From Candidatus Omnitrophota bacterium (GTDB lineage Bacteria; Omnitrophota; Omnitrophia; Omnitrophales; Aquincolibacteriaceae): a DNA stretch of 64,000 bases. Shown one piece after another: positions 43,975-53,083 of this stretch. The translations under genes were made by a program, and so were the position numbers. The notes below the pieces were generated by a model. That model was not told the origin of the DNA. It saw only the letters and a program-made list of their open reading frames with translations, and ran no database searches. Position 1 is the stretch's first letter. Every line of letters begins with the position of its first letter. The DNA lies in NCBI GenBank assembly GCA_041674705.1, contig JBAYVF010000001.1, positions 1,238 to 65,237 of the forward strand, given 5' to 3'.

Positions 43975-46900
43975 ATGACCCTCACGGAGTCTCAAAAAAA
44001 AGCGGTCCAAGCAAGCGGGAAGAATATGCTGGTGTCGGCGGGAGCCGGGACCGGGAAAACACGGGTCCTTGTCGAGAGGATCCTTCATCTGCTTCGAACA
44101 CAAAAAGCCACCCTCACCGAGCTCCTTGTTCTGACCTTTACAGAAAAAGCCGCCAATGAGATCAAGGCCCGCCTTTCCAGCCGTTTTCGTGAATGGGAGC
44201 TGGAACGGCCCCGGCGCGATCTTGAAAAAGCCGCGATCTCAACCTTCCATAGTTTTGCATCCCGCCTTTTGAAGGAACATCCGATCGAAGCGGGCGTGGA
44301 TCCCGATTTTCGCGTGATCGAAACGGAGCAATCCGGACTTTTAAAGGACGAAGCGATGAATGAGACGATCGCAAAACTTTACGAAGAGAAAAGCGAAGCC
44401 TTCGAATTCCTTCCGGTTTACGGAGAGCAGGTAGCCCGCGAGGGCATCTTCAAAGTTTTTACCGCGGCGCGGCACGAAGGGAAAAGCCTTCGCGAGTTCT
44501 TCCTGGAAAATGAAAAAAAAGAGCAGGAAGTTTCATCGAAAAGAGAAAAGGAATTGGCTTCCGAAGCGCAGGCGTTGATCATAAAACTTGAAGAAATCGA
44601 TGGGAAGGCCTGGGAGCGATTCCGGAAGAACGCCCCATGGGACTGGGAAACATTCCGGGATTTTAAGGAGTGGAGCGCGCTTTATAAGGGAAAGCGGAAA
44701 GCCGGCTGGAAGGAATGGAGGGCGCTTCTGGAAGATCTTGCGGCGCTTCGTTTGGGGCCGCTTGTCGCGCCCTGGAAGAAAAAATTCGAGCAGATAGCGC
44801 TTGCATTCGAGGCCGTCTATACCGCCAAGAAAAAAGAAAATGGATTTTTGGATTTTGACGACCTGCAGATGAAGGCCGTGGGACTTTTCCGGGGGGAGAA
44901 GCCGGCGCTTCAGAAGCTCCGGGAGCGGTATCAACGCGAGTTTAAGTTTATCCTGGTCGACGAATTCCAGGATACGAACTTTCTCCAAATGGAGTTCGTC
45001 GAACTTCTTTCTTCCGGGAGCAATCTTTTTATGGTGGGGGATTATAAGCAGTCGATCTACGGATTCCGCGGCGCGGAGCCCGGGATTTTCCTTGCCAAAG
45101 AAAAACTCTACGGAGACGGGACCGAAGGGGAGCGGATCTCCCTCGCCGAAAGCTTCCGGAGCGAGCCTCCCGTGCTGGATTTTGTGAACGGTTTTTTTAA
45201 GACGCTTTGGAACGAGGATCATTTCCCCTTTGAAGCGCTCCTTGCTCACCCTGCGGCGAAAGAAGGGAATGCTTTTGAAGATTCCGCAGTGGAAGTGCTT
45301 GTGACGGAGCTCAAAGAAAAAGAAGATATGCGATGCGCCCGTTTGCGAGAGGCCCGGATGATCGCCGCGCGGATTTGCGAGCTCCATGAAAAAGAGAAGA
45401 TCCCTTACGGCGATATCGCGGTGCTTTTCCAGGCCATGACCCTGAGCGGTATTTATGAAGACGCATTCAAATCCGCCGGAGTGCCTTATTTTATTGTCGC
45501 GGGTCGCGGGTTTTATGAGCAGCCTGAGATCCAGGACATGATGAGTTTTCTTTCTCATCTCGAGCGGCCGCTTGCGGATATTCCCCTGGCCGCAACGCTT
45601 CGTTCGCCGCTTTTTCATATTACGGACGACACGCTCTTCTGGCTGTCGCGTCACGCGAAGGCAAAAAATGAAAATGCGCCTCTTTTCCATGCCGTGAAAT
45701 CCTTCAAACTTATCCAGGAGATTTCTCAAGAGCAAAAGACGCGGCTTGAGGCTTTTTTGAAACTTACGCGCGCCTTGGGAGAACTCAAGGAGCGGGTCCC
45801 GCTTTCGGAACTGATCGATACCATGCTTGAGGGGACGGGTTATGAGCTTTCGGTCCTGATGGACCCCAAGGGTGTTCGTCGTTACGCAAATCTCAAGAAA
45901 CTCATCGCGATGGTGAGGGAATACGAGACCTACGAACGCATGTCGCTTGTGTCTTTTCTAAATATTCTAAAACGGCTCAAGGCCCAGGAAGTTCGCGAAT
46001 CCGAGGCGCAGATCGTGCTGGAGACGAGTGTCGAGGCGGTACGCATGATGAGCGTCCACGCCGCGAAGGGTTTGGAATTCCCGGTCGTGTTCGTGGCGGA
46101 TATGGGACATGGGGGAGCGCGTTCGGATTCCAAGGCCGTGATCGCTCACGCCGCAGATGGCTACGCTCTGCAGGTGCCCGATGAAACAGAACACGAGATG
46201 CAAAGGCCTTATTTTTTTCAATGGGTGGACGAGGAGATCGCCAAGCGCGACAACGAGGAATGGAAGAGGCTTTTTTATGTGGCGGTGACGCGCGCGAAGT
46301 CGCGGCTTTTTTTGAGCGGGGTCCATAAAAAGAAAAAAGAAGAAAAGGAACATTTCCGCGACATGGCCTCCTGGATGGACTGGGCCATGGCGATCTGCGA
46401 CGACGGGGTGTCCAAGCTCCGCGAGCGTGCTGGGGGCAGTGAGTTCCCGGCCTGCGAAGGGTTATCCGTCAAAATGACTTGCGATGCGGAAGGGCCAACA
46501 GTGTCCGGCAAAGGACCGAAGGAAAATTTTCGCGAAAGAATGGAGGCTGGCATAAAAAGCATAAAGTGGAATGACGGTTTTCCGGAAAATCCCGAGGTGC
46601 AAGCCCCGAATCCCGCGCCCCCGCGCAGCATCGATCTTCCGGTCTCGGCGTATGTTCTTTTCCAGAAAAGTCCCGAGGAATTCTGGCGCACGTATCAGAT
46701 CGGATGGTCACTTGGAGAGAGAGAGTGGGCCGGGGAAGAAACAATCTTTCATGAGGATGATTTTTCTGCCGCGGATTTTGGAACCGCGATGCACGGGTTT
46801 TTTGAGCATCTGGATTTCGGGAAGCCGGAGCGCTTTTTGGAACCGGAGGCGCTCGAACGTATCTTCGGGCGTTTCGGCAAGGAGGCCGTCAGTGATGCCC

Positions 46901-47436
46901 GGAAGATCATCCGGGAATTCATGGGGCAGCCCGTCTTTCAGCAGTTAAAGAAGGCCAAACAGATCAAACGCGAGATCGATTTTGTCCTGAACGAGCGTCG
47001 CGGACTCATTCACGGCAAGATCGATATCTTGTTCGAGGACGAAAAAGGCCAGTGGCATATCCTGGATTACAAGACTGCGGCGGGGGATGAGGCGGCGGCG
47101 CGTAAGAGCGCCTACGATCTGCAACTCGAGATCTATGCGCTCGCGGCTGACAGGATCCTGAAACTCCCGGTCCGTTCTGCTATTATTTACTACCTCAAGA
47201 ATCAGAAAGCCGTGGCGATCCCAATACCAATCAATCGAAGCGCAGCTGAGATTGGGGCCGTCCCGACTGCCATCATTCAAAAGAAAATAAAAGTCGGGAT
47301 GGTTTCTTTTTCTGCGGAAAAGCCCGCAGCTTTTTTCGATAGCCTCGAGAAAAAAATCTGCGCGCTGCAGCAGAAGATCCTCGATTACTCGAATGAACGC
47401 ATGGCCGGGGAATGCGACTTAAAGGAAGGATTATGA
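43975..47436 (+). CDS. UvrD/PcrA-type helicase fused to a RecB-family PD-(D/E)XK nuclease (AddA-like), with an in-frame repeat insertion
   Basis: Walker A GAGTGKT, DEFQDTN, SVHAAKGLEF, VAVTRAK, nuclease motif GKIDILFEDEKGQWHILDYKT. The segment IPIPINRSAAEIGAVPTAIIQKKIKVGM is encoded by the 83-bp element. Confidence 0.88.
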   Translation: MTLTESQKKAVQASGKNMLVSAGAGTGKTRVLVERILHLLRTQKATLTELLVLTFTEKAANEIKARLSSRFREWELERPRRDLEKAAISTFHSFASRLLKEHPIEAGVDPDFRVIETEQSGLLKDEAMNETIAKLYEEKSEAFEFLPVYGEQVAREGIFKVFTAARHEGKSLREFFLENEKKEQEVSSKREKELASEAQALIIKLEEIDGKAWERFRKNAPWDWETFRDFKEWSALYKGKRKAGWKEWRALLEDLAALRLGPLVAPWKKKFEQIALAFEAVYTAKKKENGFLDFDDLQMKAVGLFRGEKPALQKLRERYQREFKFILVDEFQDTNFLQMEFVELLSSGSNLFMVGDYKQSIYGFRGAEPGIFLAKEKLYGDGTEGERISLAESFRSEPPVLDFVNGFFKTLWNEDHFPFEALLAHPAAKEGNAFEDSAVEVLVTELKEKEDMRCARLREARMIAARICELHEKEKIPYGDIAVLFQAMTLSGIYEDAFKSAGVPYFIVAGRGFYEQPEIQDMMSFLSHLERPLADIPLAATLRSPLFHITDDTLFWLSRHAKAKNENAPLFHAVKSFKLIQEISQEQKTRLEAFLKLTRALGELKERVPLSELIDTMLEGTGYELSVLMDPKGVRRYANLKKLIAMVREYETYERMSLVSFLNILKRLKAQEVRESEAQIVLETSVEAVRMMSVHAAKGLEFPVVFVADMGHGGARSDSKAVIAHAADGYALQVPDETEHEMQRPYFFQWVDEEIAKRDNEEWKRLFYVAVTRAKSRLFLSGVHKKKKEEKEHFRDMASWMDWAMAICDDGVSKLRERAGGSEFPACEGLSVKMTCDAEGPTVSGKGPKENFRERMEAGIKSIKWNDGFPENPEVQAPNPAPPRSIDLPVSAYVLFQKSPEEFWRTYQIGWSLGEREWAGEETIFHEDDFSAADFGTAMHGFFEHLDFGKPERFLEPEALERIFGRFGKEAVSDARKIIREFMGQPVFQQLKKAKQIKREIDFVLNERRGLIHGKIDILFEDEKGQWHILDYKTAAGDEAAARKSAYDLQLEIYALAADRILKLPVRSAIIYYLKNQKAVAIPIPINRSAAEIGAVPTAIIQKKIKVGMVSFSAEKPAAFFDSLEKKICALQQKILDYSNERMAGECDLKEGL
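47220..47302. repeat. 83-bp element, copy 2 (inside the helicase-nuclease CDS)
   Basis: cccaataccaatcaatcgaagcgcagctgagattggggccgtcccgactgcc...cgggatgg. Confidence 0.85.
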
Positions 47437-48083
47437 AGAAGCTTATTCTTTACGATCTCGACGGAACGATCGTCGATACGCGCCAGGATATTATCAAGAG
47501 CGTCCGGTACGCGCTGGAAACGCTCAAAGGGCCGGAGCTGACCGATGATGAGATCAAGGATTGCGTCGGGACCGGATTGCATGCGCTGATCAAGCAGGTC
47601 TTCCGCACGGAGGATGAAAAACTCGCGGATCGGGGCTCGAAGCTTTACCGGGAGCATTACAAAAAGCACATGCTCGACCACACGCATCTTTACACCGGCG
47701 CGCGCGAATTTCTCGAATATTTCAAGGACCGCAAGCAGGCGGTCATCACCAATAAGCCGAATCCCTTTTCCTCTCAGATCCTGGAGGCGCTCGGTGTGGC
47801 GCATTATTTCATCGCGATACTCGCCGGAGATAACGGCCTGCCGTTCAAGCCCGACCCGGCAGCGATCCATCACTTAATGGAAGCGACAGGCGCCACGGAG
47901 GAAGAAACGCTTTTTGTCGGAGACAGCCCGATCGATATTCAAGCGGCGAGGAATGCGGGGGTGGAAGTCGTGACGCTCTCGCACGGGTTCGCAAGCGAAG
48001 CGACGCTGCGCGAAGCGAAGCCCGATCACATCGTTCACAACTTCGATGAACTTTTGCGGTTAGCTCAAGAAAAAGGATGGTAA
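47433..48083 (+). CDS. HAD-superfamily phosphatase (phosphoglycolate phosphatase-like)
   Basis: LYDLDGTIVDT, ITNKP, GDSPIDIQAARNAG. ATGA overlap with the upstream stop. Confidence 0.8.
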   Translation: MKKLILYDLDGTIVDTRQDIIKSVRYALETLKGPELTDDEIKDCVGTGLHALIKQVFRTEDEKLADRGSKLYREHYKKHMLDHTHLYTGAREFLEYFKDRKQAVITNKPNPFSSQILEALGVAHYFIAILAGDNGLPFKPDPAAIHHLMEATGATEEETLFVGDSPIDIQAARNAGVEVVTLSHGFASEATLREAKPDHIVHNFDELLRLAQEKGW

Positions 48084-48089
48084 AATTTT

Positions 48090-48962
48090 ATGAAAGAAGA
48101 TAGTGTACCCGCCATGAACCCCACCATTTCTCAGCCCATTCCCGGAGCGATCGCTCTCGGGGACCTTGTCCTCGTGTATTTCGATGACGAACGCACGTAC
48201 ATGATCGACGTCACACCGGGAAAACGCGTTTCCATCCATTGTGGGAAGCCGCTTTCGGTGGACGAGTGGATCGGCCAGCCGTTCGGCAAGAAGATCATTT
48301 GCGAGCACGGGTTTTGTTATCTCCTGAAACCCACGATGGAAGACCTTATGATGAAGGCCTCCCGCGAAAGCGGCATCATTTATCCAAAAGATGCGGCCCT
48401 TCTCATCATGAAAGCCGGCATTCACAGCGGTTCCAAAGTCATGGAGATCGGCACCGGTTCTGGATCGCTCACGATGGCGCTCGCGCAAGCCGTCGCGCCG
48501 AACGGACATGTCTTCTCGTATGACCGGCGTGAAGATCTTCCGAAGAATGCCTACAAGAATATCCAACGCGCCGGGCTTAGCAACTTCGTTACGTTCTGTC
48601 AGCGGCAAGCGATGGATGCTTTTTCCGAAAAAGATTTCGATGCCGTAACGCTCGACATCCCGCAACCGTGGGAAGAGGTCGCGGTTGTGAAGCAAGCCTT
48701 GAAGCCCGGGGGTCGCTTGGTGAGCTTGAATCCCACTTTCAATCAAATCGAGAAAATGGCCGAAGCGCTTCGCGAGCAAGGCTTTATTCTCGTGGAAGCC
48801 CGGGAACTTTTGGAGCGTGAGATCCTTGCGCGCGCCGGAAAAACGCGGCCCGTGCAGCGCATGATCGGGCACACGGAATTCATGCTCTTTGCGGTGCGTC
48901 CCGCGGATGAAACGTCTCACGATTTGCCGTTGATTTCAGAAGGGCCTTCTGATACACTTTGA
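48090..48962 (+). CDS. trmI: tRNA (adenine-N1)-methyltransferase TrmI/Gcd14 family
   Basis: GIIYPKDAALLIMKAGIHSGSKVMEIGTGSGSLTMALA...VFSYDRRED...DAVTLDIPQPWE. Confidence 0.85.
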   Translation: MKEDSVPAMNPTISQPIPGAIALGDLVLVYFDDERTYMIDVTPGKRVSIHCGKPLSVDEWIGQPFGKKIICEHGFCYLLKPTMEDLMMKASRESGIIYPKDAALLIMKAGIHSGSKVMEIGTGSGSLTMALAQAVAPNGHVFSYDRREDLPKNAYKNIQRAGLSNFVTFCQRQAMDAFSEKDFDAVTLDIPQPWEEVAVVKQALKPGGRLVSLNPTFNQIEKMAEALREQGFILVEARELLEREILARAGKTRPVQRMIGHTEFMLFAVRPADETSHDLPLISEGPSDTL

Positions 48963-49017
48963 CCCTGCGAACGGAATTATTTTTCTAACCAACGCATAGA
49001 CCTACAGGAGAAAAACG

Positions 49018-49485
49018 ATGGGAAAAGCTACACGTTTGACAATGTTGATGTTGATGATCGGCTTGATCGCTTTGAGTGGTTGCGCTTCAAGAAAAACCGG
49101 GAAGAAAGTGGATACGATGCAAGCGCAGATCAATGCTATGACCGATGAGCTCGTGCGTTTGGATCAGTCGCTCCAGGATACCCGCGCAGCGCTTCAGACC
49201 CAAGAGGGTGGCGGCGTTTCGGGATCTGGTTCCGTTTCTTCAGGTGAAGGCGCCATGGTCGGTGGGATGTATCGCACGCCGTCCGGTTTTGAGATTCCTT
49301 CCGTGAACATCCAGAAGGCCCTCAAGAAAGCCGGTTATTACAACGGCGCGATTGACGGCAAGGTCGGTCCGGGAACCCGTGATGCGATCGCTGCTTTTCA
49401 AAAGGATAACGGACTTACCGCCGACGGCGTTTGCGGTCGCGGGACTTGGGCCAAGCTCAAGAGTTATCTCGAAGCCATTAAGTAA
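49018..49485 (+). CDS. Lipoprotein with a C-terminal peptidoglycan-binding (PG_binding_1) domain
   Basis: Lipobox LSGCA; ALKKAGYYNGAIDGKVGPGTRDAIAAFQKDNGLTADG. Confidence 0.8.
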   Translation: MGKATRLTMLMLMIGLIALSGCASRKTGKKVDTMQAQINAMTDELVRLDQSLQDTRAALQTQEGGGVSGSGSVSSGEGAMVGGMYRTPSGFEIPSVNIQKALKKAGYYNGAIDGKVGPGTRDAIAAFQKDNGLTADGVCGRGTWAKLKSYLEAIK

Positions 49486-49580
49486 GCTGTAAGGATTTAA
49501 AGCTCTTCAAAAAGGAACAGTGCCGCGTTGCGGTACTGTTCCTTTTGTTTTTGATGCTTCCTTGTTACAATACACGCCTT

Positions 49581-50783
49581 ATGCCATCCCGCATGCTTCG
49601 ATCCATGATTCTTGCTGTTTTCTTTTTCGCTTCGGCTGCTCCGGCTTTTTCCGCCGAGCCGCTCAGAGACCTTTCCATCTCATTGCCGAAGGACCTCGAT
49701 GCGCTCAGCAAGATCCGTATCCTTGTCCAGCGAGACAAGCCCCAGGTCCAGGTCAGCGCTCCGGCCTCTTTCGAAGTTCTTGATGATCAGGGACATTTGA
49801 TAAAAAGCGGAGCAAAACTCGAGGGCGCGACCGTAAAGCCTGTCGGGCAAGGGATCCAATGGTGGGAGCAGATCGTGCCCACGCGCTTTCTTGTTGTGAA
49901 AAGCATGGGGAATGGCATCCGGGTCGGCGCGAGCGGGATCTATCGTGACGAAATTCTGATCTACAAGAATTCCAAAGGGAGCCTGGACGTCATTAGCCGG
50001 CTCAAGCTGGATGATTATTTGAAAGGCGTGATCCCGTTTGAGGGAAATCCAAAATGGACACTGGAGTCGCTCAAGGCCCAGGCGATTGTTTCGCGGACGT
50101 TCGCGCTTACCAAAATGCTTGCCCGTCGCAATGAAGAATATGATGTGTCGGCCGGTTTTATGAGCCAGGTTTACGCCGGCAAACAGATCGAAAATGAGCG
50201 GACCAACGAAGCCGTGGACGCGACGCGGGGAGAAGTCCTTCTTTACAAGGGAAAGATCTTTCCGGCCTATTTTCATTCAACCTGCGGAGGCGCGACGACG
50301 GCGGCTGATCTGGTGTGGCGCGTGAAACCGCTCCCGCCGCTCGGCGGTGTGGAATGCAAATTTTGTCAGCGCTCGCCGCATTACAAATGGGAAGCGATGG
50401 TGACGCCGGCGCTCATCAAGGAAAAGCTCGCGAAACAAGAGATGCCCGTTCAGGACGTGCTTGGCATCCGGACGGACAAGATCGACAAAACAGGCCGCGC
50501 GCACAAGCTCGTGATCCAAAGCACCTGGGCGGAGAAGACCGTGGATGCGGACGCGTTCCGGGTATGGGTCGATCCGATGCGGCTCAAAAGCAACCTGATC
50601 ACGAAGATCAGAATCAATGATGCAGGAGCTTTTGTGTTCAAAGGGAAAGGATGGGGCCACGGGGTGGGAATGTGCCAGTACGGCATGAAATATCTCGGCG
50701 AAATTGGCTATGGCTATCAGGAAATTTTAGGGTATTATTACCCCGGTGCACAGGTCACAAAGCTCAAAGAATTCGAAAAATAG
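49581..50783 (+). CDS. SpoIID/LytB domain protein
   Basis: Signal peptide, LDDYLKGVIPFE, AQAIVSRTFAL, YFHSTCGGATT, GHGVGMCQYGM. Confidence 0.85.
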   Translation: MPSRMLRSMILAVFFFASAAPAFSAEPLRDLSISLPKDLDALSKIRILVQRDKPQVQVSAPASFEVLDDQGHLIKSGAKLEGATVKPVGQGIQWWEQIVPTRFLVVKSMGNGIRVGASGIYRDEILIYKNSKGSLDVISRLKLDDYLKGVIPFEGNPKWTLESLKAQAIVSRTFALTKMLARRNEEYDVSAGFMSQVYAGKQIENERTNEAVDATRGEVLLYKGKIFPAYFHSTCGGATTAADLVWRVKPLPPLGGVECKFCQRSPHYKWEAMVTPALIKEKLAKQEMPVQDVLGIRTDKIDKTGRAHKLVIQSTWAEKTVDADAFRVWVDPMRLKSNLITKIRINDAGAFVFKGKGWGHGVGMCQYGMKYLGEIGYGYQEILGYYYPGAQVTKLKEFEK

Positions 50784-50859
50784 TTTCATCTTCAATCTAG
50801 CGCCCGTCCTAAAGGACTGTTGCAAACAAGCTTTTATTAGAAAAAAATTAATGTGGTTT

Positions 50860-50927
50860 GCGCCCGTAGCTCCCGCCACAAGACTTTGGCGGGCAGGCAA
50901 TTGGAACTATCCAATTTCGCTACGGGC
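50860..50927 (+). other. tRNA-derived structured element (shares the 5-prime 13 nt and a D-loop word with the downstream tRNA-Arg)
   Basis: gcgcccgtagctc + hairpin cccgcc...ggcggg + aattgga...tccaatt + gctacgggc closing stem. No anticodon or T arm. Confidence 0.5.
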
Positions 50928-51001
50928 TTGAAAAGAATGCGCCGTCGCCGTAGAGAGTTTTCCTTGAACTCTCACGGCGCGGTGCTTAATTAAGAAATTA
51001 A

Positions 51002-51075
51002 GCGCCCGTAGCTCAATTGGATAGAGTGTCGCCCTCCGAAGGCGAAGGTTGGCAGTTCGACCCTGCCCGGGCGCA
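51002..51075 (+). tRNA. tRNA-Arg (anticodon CCG)
   Basis: Hand-folded cloverleaf: acceptor GCGCCCG/CGGGCGC, D arm GCTC-AATTGGATA-GAGT, anticodon arm TCGCC-CTCCGAA-GGCGA, T arm GGCAG-TTCGACC-CTGCC, discriminator A. Confidence 0.9.
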
Positions 51076-51174
51076 CTTAACCTCAAGGGTTAAGTACCTT
51101 GTCGTCGGAACTTCTTGAATGTTCCGTACGACAAGGCATCTTCGAATTGCTTAGAGGCAGGAGTCCTTTCTATC

Positions 51175-51858
51175 ATGAAAACTTCAAAAATATTCAATTG
51201 GGTTTCGATCGGGATCTTGGGCGTCGCGTTGATATTGGCCGGTGTCGGGGTGAGCCAGTGGATCCAAAAAGAGCGTGTGTTGCGCAAGATCATCGAGCGT
51301 TTGACCGCGGAAACGCGCATGGCCGATGTCCTTGTCACGAAAAGCGAGTTCGATGAAGCTACCAAGAAGATCAAGACCACGATCAAATTCCTCGAATATG
51401 ACGCGCAGGGAAAACCGCTTGAACCGAAGTATTTTACTTTTGCGGGCAACATCATCCAGTTCCAGTCCCTCGTGATCCGGTTCAATGACAAACTGGTCGA
51501 GGCCGGGGACCGTTTGCGGGGCAAAAGCGCCGCGTTTTTTATGAAGGCGTTTGTGCTGGACGGGGCCAAGACCCAGGAATTTGATATCACGAAGGCGCAT
51601 GAAGTCCCGGGGGGCTACCAGGTCTCCGAAAAGGCGAACGAGTTTGAAATGAAACTTTGGCAGGAGTTCTGGAATTATGCTCTCGACCCCAAGAAACGCG
51701 AACATGCCGGAGTGAAGAACGCGCAGATCGAAGCTCCGGGCTCCATGTTCCTTCCCGGCACTATTTATACGTTGAAGATCGAGCATGATGGCGGTCTTCG
51801 CATTGATGCCAGTCCCGTTCCCGAGATCCTCAAAGGGGAAAAGGTCGATAAGGTTTAA
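51175..51858 (+). CDS. Hypothetical membrane-anchored protein
   Basis: N-terminal TM helix (IFNWVSIGILGVALILAGVGV) followed by a soluble domain of about 200 aa with no motif I recognise. Confidence 0.5.
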   Translation: MKTSKIFNWVSIGILGVALILAGVGVSQWIQKERVLRKIIERLTAETRMADVLVTKSEFDEATKKIKTTIKFLEYDAQGKPLEPKYFTFAGNIIQFQSLVIRFNDKLVEAGDRLRGKSAAFFMKAFVLDGAKTQEFDITKAHEVPGGYQVSEKANEFEMKLWQEFWNYALDPKKREHAGVKNAQIEAPGSMFLPGTIYTLKIEHDGGLRIDASPVPEILKGEKVDKV

Positions 51859-51891
51859 GGCCAGGGGATAGGAAAAACCAACCGCTTGATT

Positions 51892-53004
51892 ATGAAACTC
51901 TCCGATCTCGATTACCCGCTTCCCAAGGGAAAAATAGCGCTTTTTCCAACTCCCAAAAGAACGGACGCGAAGCTTTTGTGCGTGGATAAAAAAAACGGCG
52001 CTTGCACCCACCGTATCTTCAGCGATCTTCCGGAACTTTTGAAGCCGACGGATCTGTTGGTGCTCAATGACACCAAAGTCCTGCCGGCGCGGCTTTTCGG
52101 CCAAAAAGCGACCGGGGGTAAGATCGAAGCTCTTTTGCTCAAAGAGATTGATAAAGATACATGGGAAGCATTGCTCAAACCCGGCGGCCGCGTGGCGGAT
52201 GGAAGTATTCTCACCTTCTCTCAAAACGGGATAACGCTTGAAGCGAAGATCCTGAGCAATCCCGTTCCTAATACCGGAAAACGCTGGCTTCAGTTTCAGG
52301 GTTCCGGCATGAAAGAAAAGCTGCACAAACTTGGGCACATCCCACTTCCTCCCTATATTGACCGACCGGACCAACCCGCGGACCATGAAACCTACCAGAC
52401 AGTTTTCGCGAAAGAAGAAGGCGCTGTGGCGGCGCCGACGGCAGGGCTTCATTTTGACAAGCCGCTTCTTGAAAAACTTTCCCGGATGGGTGTCGAGATC
52501 GCACACGTGACGCTTCACGTGAGCTACGGGACATTTCAACCGATCACGGTGGAGCCTATTGAAGAGCACAAAATGTTCGAGGAAGAATACGAGATCACGG
52601 AAGAAACTGCGAAAAAGATCAACGCGGCGAAACGCGCCGGGCGGCGCGTCATTGTGTGCGGTACGACCTGCGTCCGGGCCTTGGAATCGGCCGTCGCTAC
52701 AACTGTCATCCCCGCGAAAGCGGGGATCCAGAATGAAAATGGATTCCCGATAAAAGCATTCGGGAATGACAAATTATTAGGGGTGCTTCAACCCGGCAAA
52801 GGGAAGACTTCCATTTTCATTTATCCGCCGTATGATTTCAAGATCGTGGACGGGTTGATCACGAACTTCCATATGCCGAAGAGCACCCTTCTTGCCATGG
52901 TCTCGGCATTTTTAGGTTATGAAAAGCTCATGGCCGCGTATAATACCGCTCTGAAAGAAGATTATCGGTTCGCGTCGTATGGCGATGCCATGCTGATTTC
53001 GTAA
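51892..53004 (+). CDS. queA: S-adenosylmethionine:tRNA ribosyltransferase-isomerase, with an in-frame repeat insertion
   Basis: LSDLDYPLP, VLPARL, LPPYI, TAGLHF, CGTTCVRALES, NFHMPKSTLL. The segment [22 protein letters not shown] is encoded by the nested-hairpin element. Confidence 0.9.
   Translation: MKLSDLDYPLPKGKIALFPTPKRTDAKLLCVDKKNGACTHRIFSDLPELLKPTDLLVLNDTKVLPARLFGQKATGGKIEALLLKEIDKDTWEALLKPGGRVADGSILTFSQNGITLEAKILSNPVPNTGKRWLQFQGSGMKEKLHKLGHIPLPPYIDRPDQPADHETYQTVFAKEEGAVAAPTAGLHFDKPLLEKLSRMGVEIAHVTLHVSYGTFQPITVEPIEEHKMFEEEYEITEETAKKINAAKRAGRRVIVCGTTCVRALESAVATTVIPAKAGIQNENGFPIKAFGNDKLLGVLQPGKGKTSIFIYPPYDFKIVDGLITNFHMPKSTLLAMVSAFLGYEKLMAAYNTALKEDYRFASYGDAMLIS
52705..52770. repeat. Nested-hairpin repeat element, copy c (inside queA)
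   Basis: gtcatccccgcgaaagcggggatccagaatgaaaatggattcccgataaaagcattcgggaatgac. Confidence 0.85.
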
Positions 53005-53083
53005 GCGTGGCGAGCAATCCTGATCACTTTGAAGATTAATCGAGATCAGGGCGGTGACGCTATGCTTATTGCGTAAAGGCATT

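Noticed and set aside
44533-45735. 400-aa minus-strand ORF inside the helicase gene
   Set aside because: It lies antisense to clear UvrD-family motifs and has no motif of its own.
50860-50927. A second tRNA gene upstream of tRNA-Arg
   Set aside because: It shares the acceptor 5-prime strand with the tRNA but has no anticodon arm, no T-loop (no TTCRA) and a self-closing stem. It does not fold as a cloverleaf by hand.
51184-52569. 461-aa minus-strand ORF
   Set aside because: It lies antisense to the membrane-anchored hypothetical gene and to queA, whose identity is secure. It has no recognisable domain and an R/F/L-rich composition.
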